In this document: positions 39,452 through 48,679 of the stretch, in pieces
How positions within the stretch are numbered: position 1 is the first letter of the stretch
Layout of the letters: each line of letters starts with the position of its first letter
From: a candidate division FCPU426 bacterium
GTDB taxonomy: Bacteria > Oederibacteriota > Muellerivitia > Muellerivitales > Muellerivitaceae
Length of the DNA: 55,851 nucleotides
NCBI GenBank assembly: GCA_963796105.1
Contig: CAWCKJ010000005.1
Location: forward strand, 1 to 55,851
Direction: 5' to 3'
Notes under the pieces: model-generated
Told to the model about the DNA's origin: nothing
What the model saw: the letters and a program-made list of their open reading frames with translations, nothing else
The model's database searches: none
Translations under genes and position numbers: made by a program

Positions 39452-40183
39452 ATGAAAGTCTATGTCCGCAACATTTGGCCCGGGAAGAAGAGGGTGAAAG
39501 TTGAGTACCAATCCTCCATCCCCCCGAGGGACTCAAGTTTTTGGGCCATCATTGTTTTTACCGGGGTAGTTGGGTTGGTCATGTTCCTGGTCCTTTTGAA
39601 GGGATCCTATACCCCGTCCATGACCCGATGGTGGAAGGACCAGGCCCACAGGGAGGAAGCCGGGAAAACCTATGCCTTGAACCCGAAGGAACCAAAGAGT
39701 CCGGCCGGATCGGCGGGGTTGAAAATCCCTTACCCTAAAGTCGGGGATTATTTCCAATTGGGTTTCGACACCTTGAGCGGTTTCCCCTCCGGAAAACCGG
39801 CGTTAAATGGCCCTGGGTCGGGCGTCGGCCCAAAAGCCGAAGCTCCGTTTTCAAAAGTCCCGTCCGACATCCGGGCTTTGGACGGACAAAAAATATCGGT
39901 GGTGGGTTTCATGATCCCCATGACAGTGGAGAAAAACAACGCCCGCACCTTCATCCTGGCGCAAAGCCGGGCCACCTGCTGTTACGGCGCGGTTCCAAAC
40001 CTTAACCAGTGGATTTACGTGGACATGGCCCGGGGAAAAACCGCCGAGGCGATCATGGACGTGCCGGTCACGGTTTTCGGCACGTTGAAAGTGGGGACAC
40101 AGTTCGATGAGCGAAGCACCGGTTGGTGCCTTTACCGGATGACGTCCGACAAAGTCGCGTGGCCGAGGAAAGCATGGTTTTGA
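39452..40183 (+). CDS. DUF3299-like protein, paralogue 3
   Basis: Same motif (TCCYG). Confidence 0.8.
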   Translation: MKVYVRNIWPGKKRVKVEYQSSIPPRDSSFWAIIVFTGVVGLVMFLVLLKGSYTPSMTRWWKDQAHREEAGKTYALNPKEPKSPAGSAGLKIPYPKVGDYFQLGFDTLSGFPSGKPALNGPGSGVGPKAEAPFSKVPSDIRALDGQKISVVGFMIPMTVEKNNARTFILAQSRATCCYGAVPNLNQWIYVDMARGKTAEAIMDVPVTVFGTLKVGTQFDERSTGWCLYRMTSDKVAWPRKAWF

Positions 40184-40200
40184 GACTTAAGGGGGATTCA

Positions 40201-40491
40201 TTGGAATTTAAGAAAATTGTTTTTAAATCGTCCCTGGTGGCATTGGCTTTGGTTTTTTTGCTGATCATGACCGGGGAAGGATTTTTCCATAGGCACCACG
40301 GTTCCGAGTCGGAGCGGGATTGCCCCTATTGCCAATGGTGCCATTCGGGGTCCCAAGGCACTGAAGTGTTAATTCGACCAATGCTTTTTCCTGTTTTTAT
40401 TGTTGCTCTACTTTTTATTAAAAAATTTGAAGTCGCTTTTGCAAGTTTCTTTTTCAACTCCGGAAGGTCCCCGCCTCAAAACCTCTTGTAA
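40201..40491 (+). CDS. Second DUF2946/CruR-like leader peptide (RSPP)
   Basis: TTG start after GGGGGA; TM-HRHH..DCPYC-TM-GRSPP. Confidence 0.7.
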   Translation: MEFKKIVFKSSLVALALVFLLIMTGEGFFHRHHGSESERDCPYCQWCHSGSQGTEVLIRPMLFPVFIVALLFIKKFEVAFASFFFNSGRSPPQNLL

Positions 40492-40536
40492 CGAAACATC
40501 AACGGCCTTCACAGGCCGAAATTTCAAGGAGGAAGA

Positions 40537-41625
40537 ATGAAATCATTTATTCGCTTATTTGTTTGTTGTATTACCCTCGTTTTCGCTGTGCTTCCCCTGC
40601 ACGCCCAAACCCGGTCGATCATCTCGAACTTGGCCAATCCGGCCATCGGCATGAGCGCGCTGTTTTTGGCCCAGGCCGCGCCGGATTTGAACACACCCGG
40701 TTCCACCGGGCCAAGTTTCCAGGAAGCGGAAATCAGCGTCATTTCCACCGTGGACCCGCTTTGGACTCTGGCGGGCAACTTCACCTTCGACGCGGAGACC
40801 GGCGTGGCGGAGGAAGCATACGCCACCACCACCGGCATTCCTAACATCCTGATCAAGGTCGGGGAATTTCGCGCGGCTTTCGGGAAGCACGGTATGCTCC
40901 ACACCCATGCCTTCCCCTTCATCCAGGCGCCGCTCATTATGTCTAACAGCGTCGGGGAGGAGGGATACAAGAACGCGGGCCTGGAAGCGGCCTGGATGAC
41001 CCCCCTGCCCTGGTTCTGCGAGCTGACCCTGGGCGGGTATCGGCAGGTAGAGGCCACGCCGGACCATCCCCTCGATTTCAACGGGGGTTCCACCGGCAGC
41101 ATCCCCTACCTCGTCCACCTGAAAAACCTCTTTGACGTGGATGAAAACACGACCATGGAATTGGGCGCGTCCGATTTAACCGGAATGGGGGACGACGGTC
41201 TGCACCACGCGGTTTATGGGGCCGACCTCACTTTCCGAAATGTCCCGCTTCGGCGATCCAACGAGCGGGGATGGATCCTCCAGGGGGAATACATCAAAAA
41301 GGTTTCATACAACGACAGCGTCTATAACCAGGAATCGGACGGGTGGTACGGTTCATTCCAGTACCGCTGGGGACAGGAATGGTGGTCCGGCGTCCGGGTG
41401 GAGGAGGCATTCAATAGTGTCTCCGACGTTGCCGACAACCCAACGGACACCTACCTCTCTGGCCATGTTCAGCGGGCCTCCGCCAATATCGCCTGGCTTC
41501 CCTCGGAATTCTCCGAGATGAAACTGGAATACGGCTTGACTCGGAACGACGCGGGCACAGTGGACAATCGGGTGATGCTCCAATTCAACTACATCATCGG
41601 TTTCCACCCGCCACATGCGTACTAA
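40537..41625 (+). CDS. Outer-membrane metal-uptake beta-barrel
   Basis: NPAIG, EEAY, FGK..LHTH.FPF, PSEFS, terminal GFHPPHAY. Confidence 0.8.
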   Translation: MKSFIRLFVCCITLVFAVLPLHAQTRSIISNLANPAIGMSALFLAQAAPDLNTPGSTGPSFQEAEISVISTVDPLWTLAGNFTFDAETGVAEEAYATTTGIPNILIKVGEFRAAFGKHGMLHTHAFPFIQAPLIMSNSVGEEGYKNAGLEAAWMTPLPWFCELTLGGYRQVEATPDHPLDFNGGSTGSIPYLVHLKNLFDVDENTTMELGASDLTGMGDDGLHHAVYGADLTFRNVPLRRSNERGWILQGEYIKKVSYNDSVYNQESDGWYGSFQYRWGQEWWSGVRVEEAFNSVSDVADNPTDTYLSGHVQRASANIAWLPSEFSEMKLEYGLTRNDAGTVDNRVMLQFNYIIGFHPPHAY

Positions 41626-41671
41626 AAAGGAGCCGCAAATGTTTAATACCAACAACTTTCAGGAGGATTTC

Positions 41672-42586
41672 ATGAAATCGTCGATGAAGCTATTTTTGAG
41701 TTTTGCCTTTTGTCTCTTCACCATGCCCGCCTTCGCGGATTTGAAGGTGGCGACGTCTCTATCGGATCTGGCTTCGGTAGCCCAATCCGTGGGAGGCAAG
41801 CATGTGACGGCCATTAGTCTTTGCAAGGGTTACGAGGATCCGCACTTCGTGCCGGCCAAGCCCAGCCTAATGAAGGCCATTCAGGACGCCGACGTCTTCG
41901 TGTCGGTCGGCCTAGAGCTGGATGGGGGCTGGCTGCCGCTGGTCATCCCGGGGAGCCGAAACCCTAAAATCCAACCTGGTGCCAAGGGCTTTATTGACGC
42001 CTCCGAGGGGATTGAGGTGCTGGACAAGCCCGTGGGCACGGTCAGCCGCGCCGAGGGCGATATCCATCCCCTGGGCAACCCGCATTACTATTCCGATCCG
42101 GGGAACCTGGAAATTGTCGCCGACCATTTGGCCAACATTTTTAGGGAATTGGATCCGGCGAACGCCGACGAGTACCAGGCCAACGCCAAGGCCTTCGACG
42201 CGAAAATGGAGAAGGCCATCAAGGGCTGGAAGGCCCAATTGAAGCCCTATAAGGGCGCCAAGCTCGTGACCTACCACGAGAACTTCAAATACTTTACCGA
42301 GCGGTTCGGTTTGAAGCTCTTCGGGACCGTGGAACCCAAGCCCGGTATTCCACCCAACCCCCGGTACTTATCCGAAACCGCCGAGGCCATGAAGTCGGCC
42401 GGTGTCAAAGTGGTGTTGTACCAGCCCTATTACGAGGCCGACGAGGCTCAAGCGCTGGCTAAAAAGGCGGGCGCCACGGCCTACGAAATTCCTAACGAAG
42501 TTGGCGGGGTGCCGGAAGCCAAGGATGTTTTTTCCAAGTTCGACTTCATCGTGTCGATCTTGGCCAAAGCCCTAGGGGGTAATTAA
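41672..42586 (+). CDS. ZnuA/TroA-family metal ABC substrate-binding protein
   Basis: DPHF, GDIHPLGNPHY, YH, EPKPG. Confidence 0.92.
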   Translation: MKSSMKLFLSFAFCLFTMPAFADLKVATSLSDLASVAQSVGGKHVTAISLCKGYEDPHFVPAKPSLMKAIQDADVFVSVGLELDGGWLPLVIPGSRNPKIQPGAKGFIDASEGIEVLDKPVGTVSRAEGDIHPLGNPHYYSDPGNLEIVADHLANIFRELDPANADEYQANAKAFDAKMEKAIKGWKAQLKPYKGAKLVTYHENFKYFTERFGLKLFGTVEPKPGIPPNPRYLSETAEAMKSAGVKVVLYQPYYEADEAQALAKKAGATAYEIPNEVGGVPEAKDVFSKFDFIVSILAKALGGN

Positions 42587-42591
42587 GAGTC

Positions 42592-43431
42592 ATGTCCAAC
42601 TTCATCGCCGTGATGGGTCTTCCGATCCTGGCCTGTGTTTTATTGGTCCTGATCCACCCAACCTTAGGGACTCATGTCTTGGCCCGGGGCGTCATTTTCG
42701 TGGATCTGGCCCTGGCCCAAATCGCCGCCATGGGGCAAAGCGTGGCTTTCCTAATGGGGGCCGAGCCCCATGACCCGAGCACTTATTATTGGTCTTTCGT
42801 CCTCACCTTGCTGGGCGCGGCGCTTTTCAGTTTCCTGTGGGACCGGAATCATTCGGTCCTGCAGGAAGCCTTTATCGGTATCGCCTTTTCGCTTGCCACC
42901 GCGGCTTCCCTCCTGCTTTTGGCCAACGCGCCGCACGGCGCCGAGCACGTGCAGCACTCTCTCAGTGGGGAAGCCTTAGGCTGGGTGACGGCAAAGGACA
43001 TCGGGTTGATGGCTTTCTTTTATAGCATCGTGGGATTGTTTCTTTATTGGAACCGAAAAACTCTCACCCTCTGTTCCACCAACCCCCATGAAGCCAACCG
43101 CCAGGGTATTTCGGTGAAACTTTGGGATTTCCTTTTTTACGCTGCTTTTGGGCTGGTTGTCACCAGCTCCGTGAAAATCAGCGGCGTATTGGCTGTTTTT
43201 TCCTATTTGATCGTTCCTCTGGTTTGCGCTACCCTTTTGGGGTTTAAGGGCCCCACACGTCTTTTCTGGGCCTGGGGAATCGGCTTTTTGGTTTCAATAT
43301 TGGGCGCCTGGTTGTCCTATACCCGGGACCTTCCGATGGGGGCCTCCATTGTTTGCGTTTTCGGGCTGGCGGTTATCGTGATTTCCATCGCGACCCGGAT
43401 GAAAAACGCCGATTACGGGAGGCTGAAATAA
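42592..43431 (+). CDS. ZnuB-family metal ABC permease
   Basis: RGVIFVDLALAQ, EAFIG, GVLAVFSYLIVP. Confidence 0.9.
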   Translation: MSNFIAVMGLPILACVLLVLIHPTLGTHVLARGVIFVDLALAQIAAMGQSVAFLMGAEPHDPSTYYWSFVLTLLGAALFSFLWDRNHSVLQEAFIGIAFSLATAASLLLLANAPHGAEHVQHSLSGEALGWVTAKDIGLMAFFYSIVGLFLYWNRKTLTLCSTNPHEANRQGISVKLWDFLFYAAFGLVVTSSVKISGVLAVFSYLIVPLVCATLLGFKGPTRLFWAWGIGFLVSILGAWLSYTRDLPMGASIVCVFGLAVIVISIATRMKNADYGRLK

Positions 43432-43620
43432 TAAAATATTGTCCCCCCATCAGTTCACAGTGAAAGCAACACACATTCGTTTCTGGGTCTGCACTGAAAA
43501 CAAACGGACTGAACGGACCGGTTGTTTCCTATTCTACCCATGCAGAAAATAATAAACCTTTAAGGAATCCGAATCTCTGAAACGTCTCACATTTTTAAAA
43601 GAAAATGAAAGGGTAAAATT

Positions 43621-43845
43621 ATGAAAAAAACAGATAAGCAAATCATACTTAAATTCGGGGCGAACGTCCGAAAGATCCGTAAAATACATGGCTGGTCTCA
43701 GGAGAAGTTGGGCAACCAGTCGGGTTTGGCGGCCAACTTCATCGGTTTCGTGGAACGCGGCGAGAGAAGCATCACGCTTAAGAATATCGTCAAGATCCAC
43801 AAAGCTTTGCGTTGTCCTATCAACAAACTCTTCGAGGGAATTTAA
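43621..43845 (+). CDS. XRE-family HTH regulator
   Basis: FGANVRKIR..GWSQEKL..FIGFVERGER. Confidence 0.9.
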   Translation: MKKTDKQIILKFGANVRKIRKIHGWSQEKLGNQSGLAANFIGFVERGERSITLKNIVKIHKALRCPINKLFEGI

Positions 43846-44046
43846 AATAAAGTGTTTTCATGATGGACTTCACCACTTGGTTGGTTCCTTCAGCCATGCT
43901 TGATTCCGATAGAATTCCGTAGCGTCCCGTTGTGGTAATTCCTTAGAGTGCAACCTCGCTAGAGTTGCGGTGGTTCATTAATTCTTGTCTACCCCGAAAT
44001 GGACAGGTGATCTTGAAAGGGTTATGAGGAAGGAAGATAGGAAAAA

Positions 44047-44310
44047 ATGTTTTGCAAGCATTTAAGGTTAAGACAACTAAGGACAACCGGAGAAAAGGGC
44101 AGTCAAGTTGATGACGCCCAAACCGCTAATTGCAGGTTTAAGCTGACGGGAGAAGATAAGGCAAAAGAGGTTTATTTGAAGCTTTTAGAAATGGGAATAG
44201 AGAAGGGCGCTGATCCTGGAGTTTATTGTCCCTTTTACCCTAAAGGTAGCTACTCAACATGTCCTTGGTATACGCGGGACTATGAATTAAAAGATCCTTT
44301 GAATGTTTAA
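44047..44310 (+). CDS. Small Cys-containing hypothetical protein in an integron-cassette-like unit
   Basis: Preceded by GTTATGA (44021); its stop codon lies inside GTTTAAC of the downstream attC-like site. Confidence 0.6.
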   Translation: MFCKHLRLRQLRTTGEKGSQVDDAQTANCRFKLTGEDKAKEVYLKLLEMGIEKGADPGVYCPFYPKGSYSTCPWYTRDYELKDPLNV

Positions 44311-44359
44311 CCCCGGCGACCATGTTGGCTGATATGCCCGTGGGCATGGTGGGTTATGC
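44305..44359 (+). other. attC-like site (55 bp)
   Basis: GTTTAAC...ACCATG...CATGGT..GTTATGC; core boxes and inner stem are complementary. Confidence 0.55.
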
Positions 44360-44369
44360 GGCCAAAAAG

Positions 44370-44399
44370 TTGTCCATTCCGGGGACCCTTCGTGAACAA
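44370..44399 (+). repeat. 30-bp palindromic site, copy H (TTGTCCATTCCGGGGACCCTTCGTGAACAA)
   Basis: Matches consensus in the same orientation; 73 bp upstream of cas1. Confidence 0.85.
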
Positions 44400-44472
44400 C
44401 GAAAATGATGGATAATGGTAGCCGGGCATCTTCCGTACAAAGATGGTTTACAAAATTTGGGGGGCAGATCAC

Positions 44473-45483
44473 ATGGACTTGCTTATTGATACTTACGGTA
44501 CCAAGATCGGCGTAAATGGTGAGCGCATCGTCCTTTCTTTTCCGAAAGTTAAAGAGAAAAAAGAATACCCAATCCACAGACTGGAGAAAATAGTCATACT
44601 GCGGCCGGCCTCGCTCACGACTCACGCGGTTCAGCTCGCGATTGAGCACGATGTTGATATCGTCTATCTCGGTTCTTTTGGCAAGCCCATCGGAAGACTA
44701 TTTTCAAGCGAACCAAAAGGGTTGGCGAGTCTTCGTAAAGCGCAACTGGAAGCGTCAACTTCGCTTGAGCGATCGTTCAAAATCGCAAAAGAATTAGTGC
44801 GGGGCAAATGCGCTAATCAGCTCGATCTACTCCGATATCTCGCGTACCGATATAAAAAGGATGTGGGGACCGAACTCTTACAAGCGCAGACCCTTTTTGA
44901 TGTCTTGGACAATGTCCCGTGTTCGGAGAAAGGCAAGGAGCAACTCCTTGGTACGGAAGGATACATCGCGGACAAATATTTCAGCGGGTTAAAAAAATTC
45001 TATAGATTCCCGGGCCGAAAACCGCAAGGCAGGGACCAGTTTAACAGCGTACTGAATTATGGTTACGGCATCCTTTACAATGAAGTCGAACGGGCATGCC
45101 TTTACGTCGGTCTTGATCCATATCTCGGCCTCTACCACAGTGAACGCTATGGTAAGCCTGCCCTCGTGCTCGATCTTGTCGAAGAATTCCGCGTACCAAT
45201 CGTCGACTCGGTGCTTTTCCCGCTTTTCATAGAAAAGAAACTGAGCCAACGGAAATATTTTGAAAAAACCGCGGTCGGGCAATATCTGTTATCGCCTGAG
45301 GGAAAAAGCGTTGTGGTGGGGGCGATCATGAGGCGGTTGAATGAAACGACGGCATGGCGGGGGAAACAATATACTCTTAAGCAGATCATAGATAACCAGA
45401 TTAGGGCGTTGGCACGTCACTTTGTCGAAAAGGAGGACAAGTACAACCCGTTTCGTGCGGAAAAACTTTTTTCGATATCATGA
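44473..45483 (+). CDS. cas1: CRISPR-associated integrase Cas1
   Basis: LLGTEG (Glu), FNSVLNYGYGILY, GLDPYLGLYH (His), LVLDLVEEFR.PIVD; catalytic set appears intact. Confidence 0.95.
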   Translation: MDLLIDTYGTKIGVNGERIVLSFPKVKEKKEYPIHRLEKIVILRPASLTTHAVQLAIEHDVDIVYLGSFGKPIGRLFSSEPKGLASLRKAQLEASTSLERSFKIAKELVRGKCANQLDLLRYLAYRYKKDVGTELLQAQTLFDVLDNVPCSEKGKEQLLGTEGYIADKYFSGLKKFYRFPGRKPQGRDQFNSVLNYGYGILYNEVERACLYVGLDPYLGLYHSERYGKPALVLDLVEEFRVPIVDSVLFPLFIEKKLSQRKYFEKTAVGQYLLSPEGKSVVVGAIMRRLNETTAWRGKQYTLKQIIDNQIRALARHFVEKEDKYNPFRAEKLFSIS

Positions 45484-45815
45484 ACAATTTCAATGCCATC
45501 ACCCTAGTATCGTGGGAAACGCGTGACTGGCGGCATCGGGACAAGGCGGTTCTGTGGTGCAAGAATTATGGTCTCAAGCCGATTTTACGGAATATGTATA
45601 TCGGAAAATTGTATTCAAAAGAACGGGACAAACTCGAGAATAAATTCAAGGGGACATTCGCAAAGAAGACCGAAAAGTTTTTTATCAGCACGCTCTGTCG
45701 GTCGTGCTTTGAAAATTCGGTTTTCAGTGGTACGCTAAGTTCTATGAAAGATGATGTCGACATTGAAACTGCGTTTGAACTTATCCAAATCAGGCCGAAT
45801 TCGGCGAAACGTTGA
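45480..45815 (+). CDS. cas2: Divergent Cas2
   Basis: Overlaps the cas1 stop; pattern LVSWET..RDKAVLWCKNYGL..ILRNMYIG.L and LCRSC. The canonical YD is replaced by WE. Confidence 0.7.
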   Translation: MNNFNAITLVSWETRDWRHRDKAVLWCKNYGLKPILRNMYIGKLYSKERDKLENKFKGTFAKKTEKFFISTLCRSCFENSVFSGTLSSMKDDVDIETAFELIQIRPNSAKR

Positions 45816-45835
45816 AAAATTGCAATAATTGCAGG

Positions 45836-45874
45836 CTCCTGCACATGCCTGTCGCAAAAAGGATGGTGTGCAAC
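45836..45874 (+). CRISPR. CRISPR-like repeat, copy 1 (CTCCTGCACATGCCTGTCGCAAAAAGGATGGTGTGCAAC)
   Basis: 20 bp after cas2; TGCAC/GTGCA terminal dyad; ends in TGCAAC like type V-F-style repeats. No normal-length spacer follows. Confidence 0.6.
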
Positions 45875-46360
45875 AACGGTGGTGATGTAGGGGCGTATCA
45901 ATATTGCGGCCCTGTAGCTAATATTATGAGATCCTCACATTCCATCAAAACTTCTCTCTCACCAACGTATACACCTACCCCAAACAGTAATAACTTTTTA
46001 GACATGAAATATATTTCATCAGAAAATACTCCGAGTCCAACACCGTCGCCTAGTGCAACATCTTCAGATATCATGGTTCCCGTTGTGGCAGCTCCAAACA
46101 TCTCCCGTAATGGTGCGCCAATTCATCTCCACTTTAACTTGGTAAGTTCCGCGTCGGTACGTCTGGCCATTTACAACTTAATGGGGGAGTTGATTTTGGA
46201 AAAATCCATCAATGGAAATATTGGCCTCAATGATTTGGTTTGGAACCTGAAAAACCGATCAAAAATAAGTGTGGCCAGCGGACTTTACATCTACTCAATC
46301 CTAATCGACGATGGTAATAATCGAAGTCAGTTAAAGGGTAAGTTGGTTGTTATTCGTTGA
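45875..46360 (+). pseudogene. 3' fragment of a secreted protein (DVGAYQY motif, Pro/Thr linker, FlgD/Ig-like C-terminal domain)
   Basis: Starts mid-protein exactly at the repeat end; AAPN..IYNLMGE..WNLKN..VASGLYIY. Confidence 0.75.
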
Positions 46361-46422
46361 TGAGTTTCTCATTTAACAACAATTAAGTGTCCTACCTGAA
46401 ATATTTTACTTACAAATAAAAT

Positions 46423-48606
46423 TCATAACGTGCCGTTTATGGCTTTTGCCCCGAGTGTATCTAAGCTTTGCATTTCCCTTGGAGATATCTGGAGGAAGGA
46501 ATCCATTTTTGCCGCTTTAAGGAATGCTTCTTTTGCCTCGGCATAATGTCCGAACTTCGCGTAAATAAGAGCCAAGTCATAATAAATAAGCCCATTAGAT
46601 CCATCTTGAATCGCTTTTTGAAATACCGGGAGCGCCATTTCATATTGGTAGTTTAAACAATAAAGGTGACCAAGTTTGCACCAGTAGTAAAACCGCAGGA
46701 ATGGATTTTCTTGAAAAATAGATTCTCGATCCCTGAGGTATTTAATAATACAGTCGTAGGGTTGACGTGTAGGTTGATTGAATTGAAGGTAATCCGATTC
46801 CTGAAAAGTCCTGTCAGCTTCTTCCCAACTATCTAGGATGCTTTGGTTTTTAGGAGTTAATGGAATAGCGACAAAAAGGCTATTATCTGCGGGAATATGA
46901 CTTTTAATTGTGTATAAATTTGCATCGGGGAACAAACGGGATAATAGAGGCTGGGCCCATTCGTCGGTTGTGATGGCGGCCCAGCTTGCTTTATTTGGAG
47001 TTAGGTCTTGGTTTACGAGGGTATTAAAAGCATAAGTCCCAAAGGTCATATAACATGGGAACCAATAACTTGTGAAATAATAGGATATTACCCGGCCAGA
47101 GGCGTCGGTAACAGGCGTGAAACCCGGATTGTCGCGATCAAGGCAAAAGTCGGAATAAACTCTTCCGGGACCTTGGGTTTGTCCCTGTTTGATAAGATTA
47201 TTGCAAATCCATACTGTTGAATTAGAGGCGGAATATTCCTTTTCGGCGGCGGCCATGCTTTTATTTAAATTGGTCCAGTCCAAGAAAATAGATATGAAAA
47301 ATAATCCCAGGACAAAAGGAACCCTTGCATGCACCCATGGAAATTCTTGCCAAAGGACGGAGAATCCCAAGGCTGCAACAACGATAAACAGGGGCATCAA
47401 GGTAGCCACGTGATACCAGTTTGCGTTGTGGATGAAGAGGCATGGAACAAATAAAACAATGAAACCAATGAAAAGCCATTTGACTTCGGGAAGATTGCGT
47501 ATAAGGATTGTTTCTACAGAACCTAGCAGGAATAGACTTCCCAAAATCGGGTTTAAAAACCCACCCCACTGCGGTTTATATCCGAATTGTCTAGTGGCCC
47601 CGGTCCAAAGAAAACTTGTAAGGTAATTAATATTTTGACTTAAATCCCAAAGGATAGTTCGTTCTGGAAGGTTCCCTGGATGGAAAATTCCCTTAATGTA
47701 ATCACCGAAACCTTCCCTTAAAGCTTCGATTGCTAACGGAAGGACGGTGAGGAAAACGGCTGTAAGTACAAGCGAAATAAGACCTTTTCCCTTTGACCCT
47801 GAATGCTTGCTGATTATCCATACTGCTGGAAAAAGCCATAGAACAACTAGGGGCCAAGCGTAGTATGTGTAAAAACCCGCCCCCAGGCAGACTCCCAAAG
47901 CAAGAGCGAAAATTATTCGATTTCGTGTAAGTTTCGCCTTCGTGTACTTGGCGAGAAGCCAAAAGGCCAGGGATTCCCAAAATACCATAAGAACAGCGTT
48001 GTGAGAAAAACGCCCCAGGAACACAGGCCAAAATCCTACGGCCAATAAGATGAGGCAAACAAAAGATATAGACCGGGAAGTTACTTCTCGAAAGGATTCG
48101 TAAAAAAATAATATGCTGATGAAAGACAGAAGGGCAGGTACAAGCCAAAGGTTAAAGACGGACACGCCCGCGAACTTGAATACACAGGCCAACAACCAGA
48201 TGTAAAAAGGAGGCATTTGACTTGAATAGTAAAAAGCGTCCCAAGACCAATGGTTGTTCATGTGAATGGCGTTGTAGGCGTTGATGACCTCATCAGGAAT
48301 GGGAAAGGTTAAATAGGAAGTTAATTTATAGAAACGCACGGCCAGGGCGAGAACTAGAGCCAAGGCCACCATCCAGGACGCCGGGGTAAAAAATTCTCTC
48401 GTATAAATTGGAGCTTCCTCGGGCGTAGAAGGAGTTTGGTTTTTTACATAAAACCAACCCATGATTCCTAAACCCAGAAGGCCTATTGCGATTTTGAGGG
48501 GCCACGTCAAGGGTGAATAAGCTAGTAGTGAGTTGAGCCCAACTAAGAGCAGGAAGCAGTTGAAAGGTCTGGTAAAAAAAGGAATCATTAAAAGCCACCT
48601 ATTCAA
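46423..48606 (-). CDS. GT-C (ArnT/PMT, family 39-like) glycosyltransferase with C-terminal TPR
   Basis: RFYKL..PDE, PPFY, multiple TMs, GFYTY, terminal TPRs. Confidence 0.8.
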   Translation of the reverse strand: MNRWLLMIPFFTRPFNCFLLLVGLNSLLAYSPLTWPLKIAIGLLGLGIMGWFYVKNQTPSTPEEAPIYTREFFTPASWMVALALVLALAVRFYKLTSYLTFPIPDEVINAYNAIHMNNHWSWDAFYYSSQMPPFYIWLLACVFKFAGVSVFNLWLVPALLSFISILFFYESFREVTSRSISFVCLILLAVGFWPVFLGRFSHNAVLMVFWESLAFWLLAKYTKAKLTRNRIIFALALGVCLGAGFYTYYAWPLVVLWLFPAVWIISKHSGSKGKGLISLVLTAVFLTVLPLAIEALREGFGDYIKGIFHPGNLPERTILWDLSQNINYLTSFLWTGATRQFGYKPQWGGFLNPILGSLFLLGSVETILIRNLPEVKWLFIGFIVLFVPCLFIHNANWYHVATLMPLFIVVAALGFSVLWQEFPWVHARVPFVLGLFFISIFLDWTNLNKSMAAAEKEYSASNSTVWICNNLIKQGQTQGPGRVYSDFCLDRDNPGFTPVTDASGRVISYYFTSYWFPCYMTFGTYAFNTLVNQDLTPNKASWAAITTDEWAQPLLSRLFPDANLYTIKSHIPADNSLFVAIPLTPKNQSILDSWEEADRTFQESDYLQFNQPTRQPYDCIIKYLRDRESIFQENPFLRFYYWCKLGHLYCLNYQYEMALPVFQKAIQDGSNGLIYYDLALIYAKFGHYAEAKEAFLKAAKMDSFLQISPREMQSLDTLGAKAINGTL

Positions 48607-48679
48607 TAAAGCTGATGAATAATTGTTCAGTAATTATATTAGTAAATTCGATTTTAACATTAGGAGTTATATTTATTCG

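Noticed and set aside
43985..44006. Ninth copy of the 30-bp site (TTGTCTACCCCGAAATGGACAG)
   Set aside because: Arms resemble the consensus but 8 bp including GGGGA are missing; it could instead be part of a decayed attC-like stem, so it is not counted.
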